A DNA stretch of 64,000 nucleotides from Antedon mediterranea (taxonomy: Eukaryota > Animalia > Echinodermata). The notes under the pieces were generated by a model. It searched no databases. It was given only the letters and a program-made list of their open reading frames with translations, and was not told the DNA's origin. A program made the translations under genes and the position numbers. Shown here one piece after another: positions 39,370-51,866 of the stretch (position 1 is its first letter; each line of letters starts with the position of its first letter). The DNA is taken from assembly GCF_964355755.1 (NCBI RefSeq), contig NC_092680.1:2604001-2668000 (forward strand), read 5' to 3'.

Positions 39370-39489
39370 TCGAAAGTGGCGTTTCATAGTCAAATCGAAT
39401 TATTACTAACAACACGTGGCTAGGCCCTCTCCGCGAAACTCCAACTCTCCACCACACACACACAACGGGCACGGGGCGGAAAGCTTAGT
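39370..39489 (+). promoter_or_regulatory. SMN promoter / 5' UTR
   Basis: CACGTG, CCGCGAAA (E2F-like) and GGGGCGGAA immediately upstream of the ATG. Confidence 0.5.
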
Positions 39490-42400
39490 ATGACAATGCA
39501 GGATGCAGACTTTATGTTTCGTGTTGATTCACAACAAATAACGGTATAAATTTATTTTATCACGTTAACAATCTGTTCGCGAGGCTTAGGCTAGATAGGC
39601 CTAGGCCTAGTTCAATTTCCCAACAGTCATCTTTTAGTTTAGTTTGCGTTCTTAAATGTTTTTTAATTGTTGTCTTTTTTTGTTTGTAGGCCTAGCCTAG
39701 CTAGTAGGCTAGGCTACATGGCTAGGCCTACCCCTTATTTAGTTTAGGCCTAGCTAGTTAGTAGATAGTAGGCATAGTAGTATTGTAGGCTGCTACTACC
39801 AGGCCTAGGCTAGGCCTATTAGGCTTAACTAAACTAAACAGGCATAGGATAGGCTGGGTCATACCACTAAAATCTTCACCCAGTAGGGTTTTACGATATA
39901 AAATGTTATTTTTTAATATTTTAGTACCTACATTATTAATAATTATATTTAATTTTATTTTAATATTTAAAATAAAAATTAGTTATAAAATAATTATTGA
40001 CCGGTAGCGGTAATAATTTCAGGATGCATACATTTTATAAACATATATGTTGCGTTGGTTGGTTAATGCGGGCTAGTTTTTTGTCGGGAGATTGGATGAG
40101 GAAGAGGAGGCTCATGCAGAAATCGGGAGGGTTGGAGCATCTGTAAACAAATAGGCCTGACTGATCAATCATTTTACAATTAATAATATATACGTAGGCT
40201 AGGCTATATTAATATTTCATTTTGTCTTGAACTTAGGGCAGTAATGAAAATATATGGGATGACACAGCATTGATAAAGGCGTATGATAAGGCTGTTGAAT
40301 CAGTAAAGGTGAGGCTAAAATTTAATAAATAAATTAAACTTTATATCCTAGACATTTCACTCCATCACCATTTATGCATATACAGATGATGTGTTGGAAA
40401 AACAAGTTAAGAAATTGTAGGATGGTTAACCGTGTTCAATAAAAATCTGTGCAAATGGAATCGGTTACCATGACAATAATAATATTTATGTTTCAACCAA
40501 TACTCTAAAGCTTTGTCTACACTATCAAACTAGTTTGACAAAAAATTGTGATGTGCCCAAATATGGTAGTGAATGATATGCCCAAATATGGTGGTGATAT
40601 GCCCAAATATGACAGTGATATATAATAAAAAATATGGTAGTGCTATGACATCATCATGTCCATATATGGGCACATCACATATTTTTTGTCACATAATGTT
40701 TGATAATGTAAACAGGGCTTAACTTTGTGTACTCTGTAAATGTATAGAAAGATCTTGGTAATGGTGAAGTTGAAAATGCTGAACAACCTGTAATAAATAA
40801 ACAAAAACGAAGAAGAAAAGGTAAGAAGAAGAAAAAGCCGAAGGTAAGACTTTTTTTTTTTAAAGTAACATAACAATAAATACCATTTTGTCGGACACTT
40901 ATTGGCCAGATATACCTTGACCCTTTCCACTATATAAGCCAGTATATACACTAGTTTATTTTCCTAAATTTCACAAATTGTAATGCAAAAGATAGGACCT
41001 CAAATTAAGGTCAGCACTTTATTTCAGTAGGCCTACTTTTAGGCCCTGTATCCGCCACTGTGTACCGATGTGAATAGTTATATACTGGTTGAATTTACAC
41101 CAGCATTTTGCCAGCACACCCGCCTGTGAAAAAAGGACTTTTTTAAAACTTCCAATTGTAGAACCCTGTGTAGTGCTAGTATAAATATAAGAATAATTGT
41201 CTATAAACTTTTCTTATATTTAAGTGGAATGTTGGTGACCATTGTCAGGCATTATACGCTGTAGATGATATATACTACGAGGCTGTCATAAACTCTGTGA
41301 ATGTTGAACAAGGAAGCTGTTGGGTAACCTTTGAAGAGTATGGCAACGAGGAGGAGGTTGAACTACGCACGTTGAAACATTCATGTTTGAAAAACAAACA
41401 CACAAAACATGTAGATATTTCAGAGGTATGTGAGGGTGTGTGGCGCAGTGTGTTGGACGTTGGATTACTGATTGTGAGATCGTGGTTCGAATCCAACTCT
41501 CGCCGCATTGCTTATATCCAAGACACTTTACTTACATTTGCCTCTCCCCACCCAGGTGTGTAAAATGGTTACCAGTTAGATCAAGACACAACTTTGCACT
41601 GATTACTAGCTGCATTATTATGGGAGATGTTTCCATATGATCCCAAAAATTACGGGGGTAATAATGTGCAGTGCATTGAGAGCTTGGGTATATGCCCTAT
41701 ATAAGAATGAACTATTATTATGTATGGTACGGAAAGTAAATGTTGCTTTTTTGGCATCCCATAGAATACACTGCAGATGATTTGCATTTATATAATTATT
41801 TATATAAAAATATCAAATCTTTGCCAGTTTCTTCTTACCTCCATACTAAGGAAAAACATAAAAAAATCAAAATTTATAAAATTAGTTTTATATTTTATTT
41901 TTTCTCAAAGACTGAAACTGGTAGTGCAATGGAATATTCCGATTACATGTATAATAGCCCTAGTCATCCTATGGAGCATCCAGGCTGTCGAGGAGCTTGG
42001 AATCCTAACCCATGGATGGTGCCACCCATGTGTCCTCCTTTTATGCCTCCTTTTGCTATGGTAAGTAAAAGTGGTTTTAAAAACATAACTTCATTATTAG
42101 TGAGTGTTGTTGACTACTCCCAAATTATCGTATGTAAGTTAAAACATTTCAGTAAAAAAGGGGTTTTGAAAACATAACTGTAACTTCATTAGTTTTTTTT
42201 TTTTTAACCACCACATTTAATGAAGGTGATCCATCCAGCAATTGCTGATCATTAAGGACCCTCATAGGGTCACAAGACAAACATGTACACAAGATGCTAT
42301 ACATAAACAAAGTCTTATTACAAGTCTTTGGGAGTGGAGTTGTAATTTTGTCCTTAGAAAAAATCCTGACATGCGACGGGACTTCAAACTAAGACCCTTG

Positions 42401-43048
42401 GAGTGGTAACCCAGCATCATAACATTCATCATTCTTTTTCATCTTTATTCTAGTCTCCTATGGCACCACCATATGCAAGCCCCATGCCCTACTATCAACG
42501 GACAAGTGGATTCCCAAATGTAAGTATAAACATTTCATTTTTTACTCCTATACTTTGCTTTATACAGTATTTCCTTTTTTATATTTTAATATTCACAATA
42601 TTTCACCTGGGTGGCTTAGTTAAAGAAACTAAAAAAGAAGCAATTTTTTTTATCTGTATTATTATTATTATTATTTTGTTTTTCAGTGGCCACCTGCTCC
42701 CCCTGCCCCACCACCTGTCAGACCTCCAAATATGGAAAGTGACGACAGTGATGATGGACTTCATTCTATGCTCATTGCTTGGTATATGAGTGGTTATCAC
42801 ACAGGATATTATCAGGTAAATAAATGATTTTATATAAAAAGGGGTTACAAATCAATGCTATAAATTTCAATCATTAAAGTTGAAACTTAGCATGTGATTT
42901 TAAAATGTGTTTCTTATATCTTCAGGGTTTAAAAGACAAGGCAAAATCTCCAGCACCAAAGCAAAGGTCACAGAAAGGTCAAGGAAGACATCATTCACAG
43001 ACACCAACACATTGTAAGGCACCGTCCCTCACAACAGAATCGCCTTAA
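39490..43048 (+). CDS. SMN: Survival motor neuron protein (296 aa, 8 coding exons)
   Basis: Exons 39490-39543, 40237-40308, 40748-40843, 41225-41425, 41911-42060, 42454-42519, 42687-42815, 42926-43048, all phase 0. Gemin2-binding [15 protein letters not shown], Lys-rich tract, Tudor [11 protein letters not shown]...[10 protein letters not shown], Pro-rich region, YG box [18 protein letters not shown]. Confidence 0.95.
40509..40719. mobile_element. MITE family A in SMN intron 2
   Basis: TIRs, TAA flanks, internal repeats. Confidence 0.82.
41433..41720 (+). mobile_element. tRNA-derived SINE in SMN intron 4; partial copy at ~57849-57925
   Basis: A box TGGCGCAGTG, B box GGTTCGAATCC, core GACACTTTAC...GCCTCTCCCCACCCAGGTG, (TTA)n-type tail. 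Confidence 0.75.
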
Positions 43049-43896
43049 TGGATGATTGAACTGTATATTCAAGGAATACTGTGCTCAGTTGACTGTTAAA
43101 AACATTGTTAACTAGTTCAGTAATAGTAGCAATCTTGTGTTATCTAGCATGCATGCATGTACTATATTAAGGCCAATTTACATACAATCCGTAATTTATA
43201 TTCCTTTTATAAGGGCAGTCAAAACCTTTAAGGTTATAGGAACTTGTTCCTTAGTTTGTCTGCTTTCCTCCTGTATTTTTTATTTATTTATATATGCATT
43301 TGGAGGAAAATAAGTATATTACGGTATTATGATGTTAAGCAGAAAACAGCTCGCAAATAGAGTCTGTATCTATACTCTGAGTGCGTTTTTTGTATGGTCA
43401 TAAGAAATAACATAGATTCTATATTTTTGTTTTTCACTTACCGCTCATCTGTATAAATTTACCTTAATGCATCAGTTGACATAACTAGCAGCATGTAATT
43501 GTACTCTAGTATAAATGATTTATTATTATTATAATAATTTGAAGAATTAAAGGGGAGGATTGTAGTAATAGTAACAATCTACTGTAGCTTAAAATACCTA
43601 TTCTGTCATGTACCATACAAGACAAATTCTGTATTTGTAATCAGTACAGTGTTAAAATTGTTTTTAGCAAATTGTAATGTTTGTAAAGTAAATACTTTTT
43701 TGTGATATTAAATTCCTTTATGAAAAACTCTTGTTTCAAATTTGAATACTGTAATAATTGTTGGCCTCTTTCTTACACCTGTTTAAACATCAATTTATGT
43801 TATGTTTCACAGCAGATATCGTAATTTATTTTGTTACATTATCACATGTTTGTCACATATGATACTGTACTTATGAATTTGGCTATATTTTCTTAA

Positions 43897-44034
43897 CCTC
43901 TGTCTACACTATCAAACCTTATGTGACAAAAAAGTGATGTACCTAAATATGGTAGTGATATGACATCATCATGTCCATATTATGGGCACATCACATTTTT
44001 TTGCAACATACAATTTGATAGTGTAGACAGAGTT
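43897..44034. mobile_element. MITE family A between the SMN and SERF 3' ends
   Basis: TIRs and core. Confidence 0.82.
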
Positions 44035-44747
44035 TTAGACATTGTATAAAACTGATACATCTGTTCCCAAAGGACAGATTTTATGAGAACATTTCTGTTG
44101 AAGCCATGAGTAGCATAGAAAATGACAAATTAACATTACTGTATAATAAACTGAAAATTAAAGATTTATTTTTTGTTTACAAATCTAAGAGATAGTATCA
44201 TCGTTTACTGTTAATTGAAAATTACAGAAATATTAATTATTTTCAATATAAAAATTCCTTGTACCAAGAATTACTAAGTCTGTCTCAACCATAAATATTA
44301 CAAAGTATTGGCACACAAGGCATCTCGACAAACCTCCCATTTATGAGATCAAAAATAAAAGACTATTAAATATTAATATTAACTACAGGAATTAATTACA
44401 CAATGGAAAACTGGGAAAGCGTATTTAGATTATATTTTGGATAAATATTTAAACGGTATTTTATGCTAGTTGACTGTTAAAAAAAGGAATAAAAAACAGA
44501 ACATATAATAATTATAAGAAAAATACAATTTTATTCACTAGAACACTAACTTAATAATAGTACACATTAAAAGTTATTTTGCCAAATATATCATATTGGA
44601 GGACGTTGCTTTACTCCATTTTCCTTGCTGTAAATCTTTGTTCTTCATTGTGTAAATCCATTTAAAAAAAAGTCCACATGTTAACAGGCTGCTTCTAAAT
44701 AGTTTTTATTGTTCCATTTTCAATACTCTATTCATTCATATACTTTG

Positions 44748-45699
44748 TTATTTTTTCTCTGCTTTCTCGGCAGCTTTCTTCTGTTTTTCACGCATCACTT
44801 CTGCATCCCTTGAAAAAAAAAGATGCAATTCTTTACGGAATTACTGAATGAATGGTTGAGTTAACACCTTTTTCACATCTGCAAAATGTAACAAGTTGTA
44901 ACCAGGTTTGGATAGTGTAAATAAAATTCTGTGGATGAATCTGACCCCTGACCTTTAAATGATCATGCACGAATTATTGAATGATTTCCAAACCTGTGTT
45001 TTCGATTTTCCAAGTTCATACCACCATTGCCAGATGCCGTTGCTTTTTTCTTTGCCTGGTCTTGTTGTTTCTTTAGATTCTTGGCCCTAGCAAGGTCCCT
45101 TTGATTTCCTCCTATAAATTAAAAAAAAGAATAATAAATTGACTATTAATTTTATTATTATTCAACATTGCCTATTAATTGTGTTTTTCTAGATAAGTAC
45201 GTTTTTTTAGCTAGCGGCGTTCCATACAAAGTACCAGAAGTTGATTTTATCGCGACCAAAATTATAAGCGAATTATTTATAAAATAAAAGACGACAAATA
45301 CATACATATCACTATCATCATACAATTTAATACCAGTCAAAACTCAATATCAGAAACCTATTATCCCATGGTAAATAATTTTAACTTAAATAACAATTAT
45401 ACATATTAAAAGAAGCCACAGCAAATGAATAGAATAGGCCCTATGCTTTGTTTGTTTACGAACGACCGAACCGACCATCTACAACAGTTTTAGAAGGCAG
45501 AGGTATGCACCCGCTCAAGGGCTAAAGCTGGCTCTAGCTCTAGGTAGGCCTAGACTAGAGAGGCCTACCTAGCCCAGTTGTCTTGATGTCATGGACGTCC
45601 AACGACAAAAGAACATTTATTTTTAGACTTAGAATAAAATAAACCTATTACCAAAAATACAGAATGATCTAATAAATATTGGTAATACTAACGTGTCAT
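44748..45699 (-). CDS. SERF: Small EDRK-rich factor (SERF/4F5/MOAG-4 family), 61 aa
   Basis: Exons 45693-45699 (ATG ACA C then gttagt), 44994-45111, 44748-44808. Protein: MTRGNQRDLARAKNLKKQQDQAKKKATASGNGGMNLGNRKHRDAEVMREKQKKAAEKAEKK*. Confidence 0.92.
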
Positions 45700-46089
45700 T
45701 TTTAGAGGATAATCTGAAAGCAAACACTAAATTTTGACACTTTTCTATGCAGGAATCAAACCCGCCTAACGACGTTTGTGTTCCACGTAACCTCAGCTTT
45801 ATTTTTTGGTACATAAATATGGATGGAAGGCTAGCTTTGTAAAAACTAATATTAATACTCAATCTCTCACAAAATGACTCCTCCCTCACTGTGCTCCACT
45901 GGCGCCAAATTGGATCAAAGGAGCACTGTGTATTAACATAAGAAAATATGTTAAAATTTCTTTTGAATAAAAAAAAAGGACTGCAAATTCAAAAATATTT
46001 CTTGGTATATGTTAATTGTTTCTCAATTTACAGAAAAATCCAATTCCTAACCATTTTTTTGGATCAAAATCATTATTAGAGTTTTCAAA

Positions 46090-46960
46090 ATTGTCTTTTC
46101 TTAGCCCCAAACATGGTGGGGTACTGAAGATTCTTATGCATGTTGTTTGAAAAAATAATAGATGTCATTTTCGGGGACCTTGCAGCTCTATTTTAAACAG
46201 TTTGGTATGTCGTGCGTTATTATTATGCAAATGAGTTTGTGCAGGTGTATTATGGTAAAGAGGGTATGTTAGTCATTCACGGTCAACACGCCACACTGTT
46301 AAATGTTGATGCTGTTAATTATTTACATTAGAAGATTTTTAAAATCATGTAAATAAATATTTTCCGGACAGGAAGCTAGAAGTTCCCCTCGGTTAGTTAG
46401 CAAAAGTAATCTCGAAAAGAACTCCATGTGGAAAAGTAGCCCACACAAGAGTACTAAAAGGAGCACATAGGTTACGTTTCTTTTCGAGGTTTTATGGCAG
46501 TCTATTTAATGGAAAATAATGCCATGCAACTTTGTTTCTGATTTAAAAAAAGTCCCACTTGACATTTACAATCCTCAAAATATCTCTCTTTCAAAATAAA
46601 AGAAAAACAATTTTCCACATGGGGTTCTTTTCAAGATTACTTTTTTAAACTAAAGGAGGGATTTTCTAGATTCCCGTCCGGAAAATTGTATCTTTACATG
46701 ATTTGAATTTCTAATAAAGATTAACAAAATCAAAATTTAACTTTTAAATTTAATTGTGTGGCGTGTTCACCGCGTAGGACTAACAATACCATCTTTCCCA
46801 TTACACATGCACAAACTCATTTGCATAACAACGTACGGCATACCAAACTGTTTAAAATAACTACAAGGTCCCCAGAAAAGACACCTACAGTATTTTGAAA
46901 CACGATATATAAGGGTCTTCACTACCCCACCGTGATTGGGGCAGAGCAAAGACATTTTTG
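46090..46960. repeat. Long foldback (inverted-repeat) element between the SERF and SUB1 promoters
   Basis: 46090-46480 is the imperfect reverse complement of 46600-46960 (e.g. TATGCAAATGAGTTTGTGCA / TGCACAAACTCATTTGCATA). Confidence 0.75.
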
Positions 46961-47454
46961 AAAAAATATTTATTGAAATATGAAATGAAATATTAAGTCT
47001 CCAGTTAAGCTCACCATGGTTGGGGCAGAGCTAAGAATGAAAGCTTTTTCCCCGGAAATTATGAAACGAAATATATAGGCCTAAGTCTTCAGGACCAGCC
47101 ATACAATGGTGATTGTTTCCCAAGTGTGAGACATGCAATGCACGCGGCGGTGACGGTAATTCAACAAAACAAAATTATAAAATACAAACAGAGCTAGCAC
47201 ACAAAAGCCTACTTACTAATTTTAATATTTCTATAATTTAGAAAACAATTACAATTATCACCTTTGATAATTATAATGTTAAATTTCAACTATCCAGATG
47301 CGAATTTTAGGTTGGGTTTTAAAAAACTTGACTTCATATGCTTTAATTTCAAAGATCTGCTTAAAACATATTTATTTATTTATTTATTTATTCTACCATA
47401 AACCTTTATTCACAACATATTAGTAGGCCTACAACACAATATCCACTGAACCAG

Positions 47455-47600
47455 TTACCGTAGTACTATTTCTATTTCGGAAGTAAATAAAGGCATAAAT
47501 GGCGCTCCGTAAAGTAGAGAATGTGGTCGATCGTCGAAATGACGCTCTGAATATACCTCACTCAGTCGCATGTGTTTTTATTCAGTAGCCGCGCTAAGAG
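47455..47600 (+). promoter_or_regulatory. SUB1 promoter
   Basis: CGGAAGT (ETS-like), AAATGGCG (YY1-like), CpG enrichment. Confidence 0.5.
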
Positions 47601-47670
47601 ACTCAATAAAAACAAATTAAATTTAGGCCTAGGTCTAGATAAGATTAGTTAGTACTTTTAAATTGTGAAA

Positions 47671-49021
47671 ATGCCCAAATCTAAGGAATTTATAGACTCG
47701 TCGGATGACTCTGATGTTGAAAGGGTAGGCTCTCAACAATATTAGAGTACTTTAATTAAAAGAAAGACTAGGCCTAGGCCTAGGCCTAGGCCTAGGCCTA
47801 GCCTAGCTAGGCCTAGGCTAGGCCTGCTCCTAGTAGGCCTAGCCTAGCTAGCTAGCCTAGGCCTAGCCTACTAGGCCTACTAGGCTAAGCCTGCACCTAG
47901 CCTAGAGTAGTACTAGTAGGCACTCTATAGTGTAGGCCTTGCCTCCTCTAGAGATCGAGAAGGAGGCGGTAGGGCTAGTTCCCGCTTAAAAGCTACACGA
48001 CGGCCCTTCCTCGAGCCTGGCAAGCTAGGCTATCCTATGTAGGCCCTATGTTAACTTGAAAAATTAATGTTTTCATCTTCAGCCCAAAGCAAAAAAAGCA
48101 AAATCTCAAGAAAAGAAATCAAAAGAATCATCAAGTAAAAAAGGGGAAGATGAACATAAATTTGAGGTAAGAAGGACGAAGTTGCAACTAATAATAATTA
48201 AATAGAAATGTTCATGTGCCTTTTTATACTTACTAGTGTTCTAGAATTGTTGTTAAAGATGTTCAATCTGTATTATTGTACCATCATCGACCTGTCTGTA
48301 AACCGTTATGTGTTTGCATGGTATAAGTAGCAGGTATAGTAATCATCATTTGCTCATGAAAGCGACTCATTAATTGATTACAAGATTACTCTAGAATCAC
48401 TTTTGGCCTTGCCTTTTAATAAAAAAACTTGTATGTGTATTTGCAACCTGTATTTGTTATTATAGATATCGAGGACAAGGTTTGTGAATGTGAGGGAGTT
48501 TAAGGGTAAAGTTCTTATTGACATTCGTGAATACTATGAAGCTGGAGGCGAAATGAAACCAGGAAAGAAAGGTACTTTAAAAGTATGATGTGCCCAAATA
48601 TGGTAGTGATATGCTTAAAACCAGTGATCGTTCAGACGATGACAAATTTACACATCTAAAAAATGTACCCAGCAAGGTCATATTTCATGCATCTTTTTAC
48701 ACTAGTATGGTCAAATTGCTCCTTATCTTGCTGTTAATCAGCTTGTGGTTTAAGGTGTAATTGAACAATCCACCTCATGAGTTGGGTTTTTGAAACAGGT
48801 GGTGTATATCAAAATTTAGACCACACGACCATTACATGTGCAAGTTGTTACATCCGAACAGGCCCATAAAGTTTGGTAGTTGTAGACCGAGCTTTACTAA
48901 GTCTACAGTAGTAGCCTATAACTATACATGTTATTTTGTAGGTATCAGTTTGTCAGTAGACCAGTGGAACAAACTCAAAGAAGTAATGGAAGATGTTGAT
49001 GAGAGCATTAAGCAGTTTTAA
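47671..49021 (+). CDS. SUB1: Activated RNA polymerase II transcriptional coactivator p15 (PC4), 107 aa
   Basis: Exons 47671-47724, 48083-48166, 48466-48571, 48942-49021. [15 protein letters not shown]...[45 protein letters not shown]. Confidence 0.95.
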
Positions 49022-50805
49022 AGGACATTCAATATCCTCGTTTAGACTCCTGTGAATAAACTGTAAGCCCATTCAAAACATTGTTATATTTTTGATTATC
49101 TTTTTTTCAAAATATTCACATTTTGTGTTCTGAATTTTCAATACAAACATTTGAGATTAACTGCACAAGATCGTGAAATTGTTGATATCAGAGAGGGCTG
49201 TTTTAAATTTATACTGCTCTAAAACAAACCAAACCATTCTTGAATTGATGGTTATTTGAAGAATTCCTTATGCACGAAGTGTGTTATTTGTAATGTTAGA
49301 GACATATTACAGCAGAAAGTACCGGGTTACTGTACACCGTGGCGGACAATAGACACAAGTCTGATATAAATACAGCATTGTTTGTTAAATAGTAATGTTG
49401 CTTTTACATTATATATATACTGTTTTTTTTGAGTATATAATCTTGAACTGTCATATTAAGTGTCTTATGTGGTATTGATTCAAAAACATCTGCAAAATAT
49501 GTGACCAGTGAATGGAACCTTGTAGTTTATACCAGTTACATTTATTAACTGAAAGAAAAGCTGTACGAAAAATCAGCAATTGACTTTGGATCTAGAGGAC
49601 CACCTGATGTGGTAGTTATGACCAACGAGACAGTGTCACATGCTGTCAGTGTATCATAGAGCATGTTCTGCTGCATGTCTCCAAATAAACCGTTGATTTC
49701 AAAAATAAAATTGTTAGACTGAAAACCATATTTCTACAAACTTTTGTACTCCCAAATAACTGTTTAAATGTGTGCTTGGTCATTAACATTACCCAAAATG
49801 CAATGCGATCAGCCGGGCAAACCTTCAAGATAGTATTTTAATCAAATAATTGTGTTGTTGCTTAATATTCAAAATTACCTTAACATCAAGGTATGGTTAA
49901 GCAACAACATTTACAAAAATGAACATAGATATCAAAGAAAAACCAATAATAAAAGCATTCAAAAGCACTTAAAGTTGCACAGCAATAACAGCATCAAAAA
50001 CAGCATCACAGACTCAAATGTAGACTTGCTCCAAGTCTGTATATTTATTGTTTTTTTTTATATTAGTTCACTCATCAGCGTTTCAATTTTTGTCTGGAAA
50101 ATAATAAGCTCAAGTAGTATACGTATGAAACAGCTTTTGTGCAAAATATTTATCTTTTTACTAATGCTACGGTCATGAAATGATATGATAGTGGTATTAT
50201 ATTTATGAAACGCCATGTGTGCCAAAACATCACATATTATGGTACAGTTTCTATATATCCCTGTATATATATTTATGGCATATCACATGGTGCCCTAGTA
50301 TAACATATCACAGAATCATTGGTGTAATTGTATGGTCCTAGTATCACTCACATGGTATTTACTGTCATGCTGTCTCTCTCGTGCCATCTCTCTATTAAGA
50401 CTCTATTGAGATTTGTTTATTTATATATGCTGAATTTAAATTTCATTATATGATAAAATAATCATACTTTATTTCCCTTAATGCCATTGCATCCTTCATC
50501 ATTGATAATAAACAAAACTTTTATGATGTGTGAAAATAAATTGTAAATCCGCATGTTCTTAAATTTCTTAAATCAGTTAAAAGTGTCACTTTATGGTTCC
50601 CTTGTCAAGGATACGTTTATGCTTCAGTGACCATAAACAATGAAGAATAATATTTATTTGTCATTTTGAATTTTCTTTAATTTCCATATCTACAAGAAAT
50701 AGAAATGTAGTAGTTATTAGGAACATTTAGATGACCATATAAAACTGTCTATAAACACTGTTTCCTTAATAAACTTTACTTGTTTTAATAAAAACAACAT
50801 AAACA

Positions 50806-51303
50806 AGCGGTTAAACAGTACAAGTGGTTAACCAGTTCAAGTGGTTAACCAGTACAAGTGGTTAACCAGTACAAGTGGTGGTTAACCAGTACAAGTGGTT
50901 AACCAGTACAAGTAGTTAACCAGTACAAGTGGTTAACCAGTACAAGTGGTTAACCAGTACAAGTGGTTAACCAGTACAAGTGGTTAACCAGTTCAAGTGG
51001 TTAACCAGTTCAAGTGGTTAACCAGTTCAAGTGGTTAACCAGTACAAGTGGTTAACCAGTTCAGGTGGTTAACCAGTACAAGTGGTGGTTAACCAGTACA
51101 AGTGGTTAACCAGTACAAGTAGTTAACCAGTTCAAGTGGTTAACCAGTACAAGTGGTTAACCAGTTCAAGTGGTTAACCAGTACAAGTGGTTAACCAGTT
51201 CAAGTGGTTAACCAGTTCAAGTGGTTAACCAGTTCAAGTGGTTAACCAGTACAAGTGGTTAACCAGTACAAGTGGTCGTGGTTAACCAGTACAAGTGGTT
51301 AAC
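50806..51303. repeat. 17-bp minisatellite, ~29 copies, with a degenerate tail to ~51450
   Basis: CCAGTWCAAGTGGTTAA. Confidence 0.95.
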
Positions 51304-51866
51304 AAGAACAGGCAATACAAGTAGAAGAGAACAGAACAAGCAGTTAACCAGAACAAGCAATTTACCTGTTCACCGGTTAATTTAACCTGTGCAAGCGTTT
51401 AACCTGTACAAGCGGCTAACCAGAGAAATGGTTAACGCAGAACAAGCGGTTAAAATGTACAAGGAAACATAACAAGAAATCCGTAAATATTAAATGCCTC
51501 GAGAGTCATCAACAGCATTTTCATCTTAATGTTAAAACAACTAGAAATATGCTCAGTGATTTTGTAAAAAAAAAAATAAACCCAAAGATTAATTGGGTTC
51601 AAGTCATGTTTTTTGTTATTTACAGTGTGTCCCGAGGAACATTTATAAATCACATACTGAAGAAGCACATGACATTATAAGAGAATATTTTATAGTATTT
51701 AACAATTTTCGTATTCAATTGGGACTTTCACCGTTGAGTATTGTTCTTAACGATGAAGCTTTCTGTTGAGCACAAATTTACCATTAGAATACAAAATGTA
51801 GGCCTACTCAACGATCTTTATGTTGATAACGAAAGTTCTCATAATTTTAATACAATAATTGCGTCA

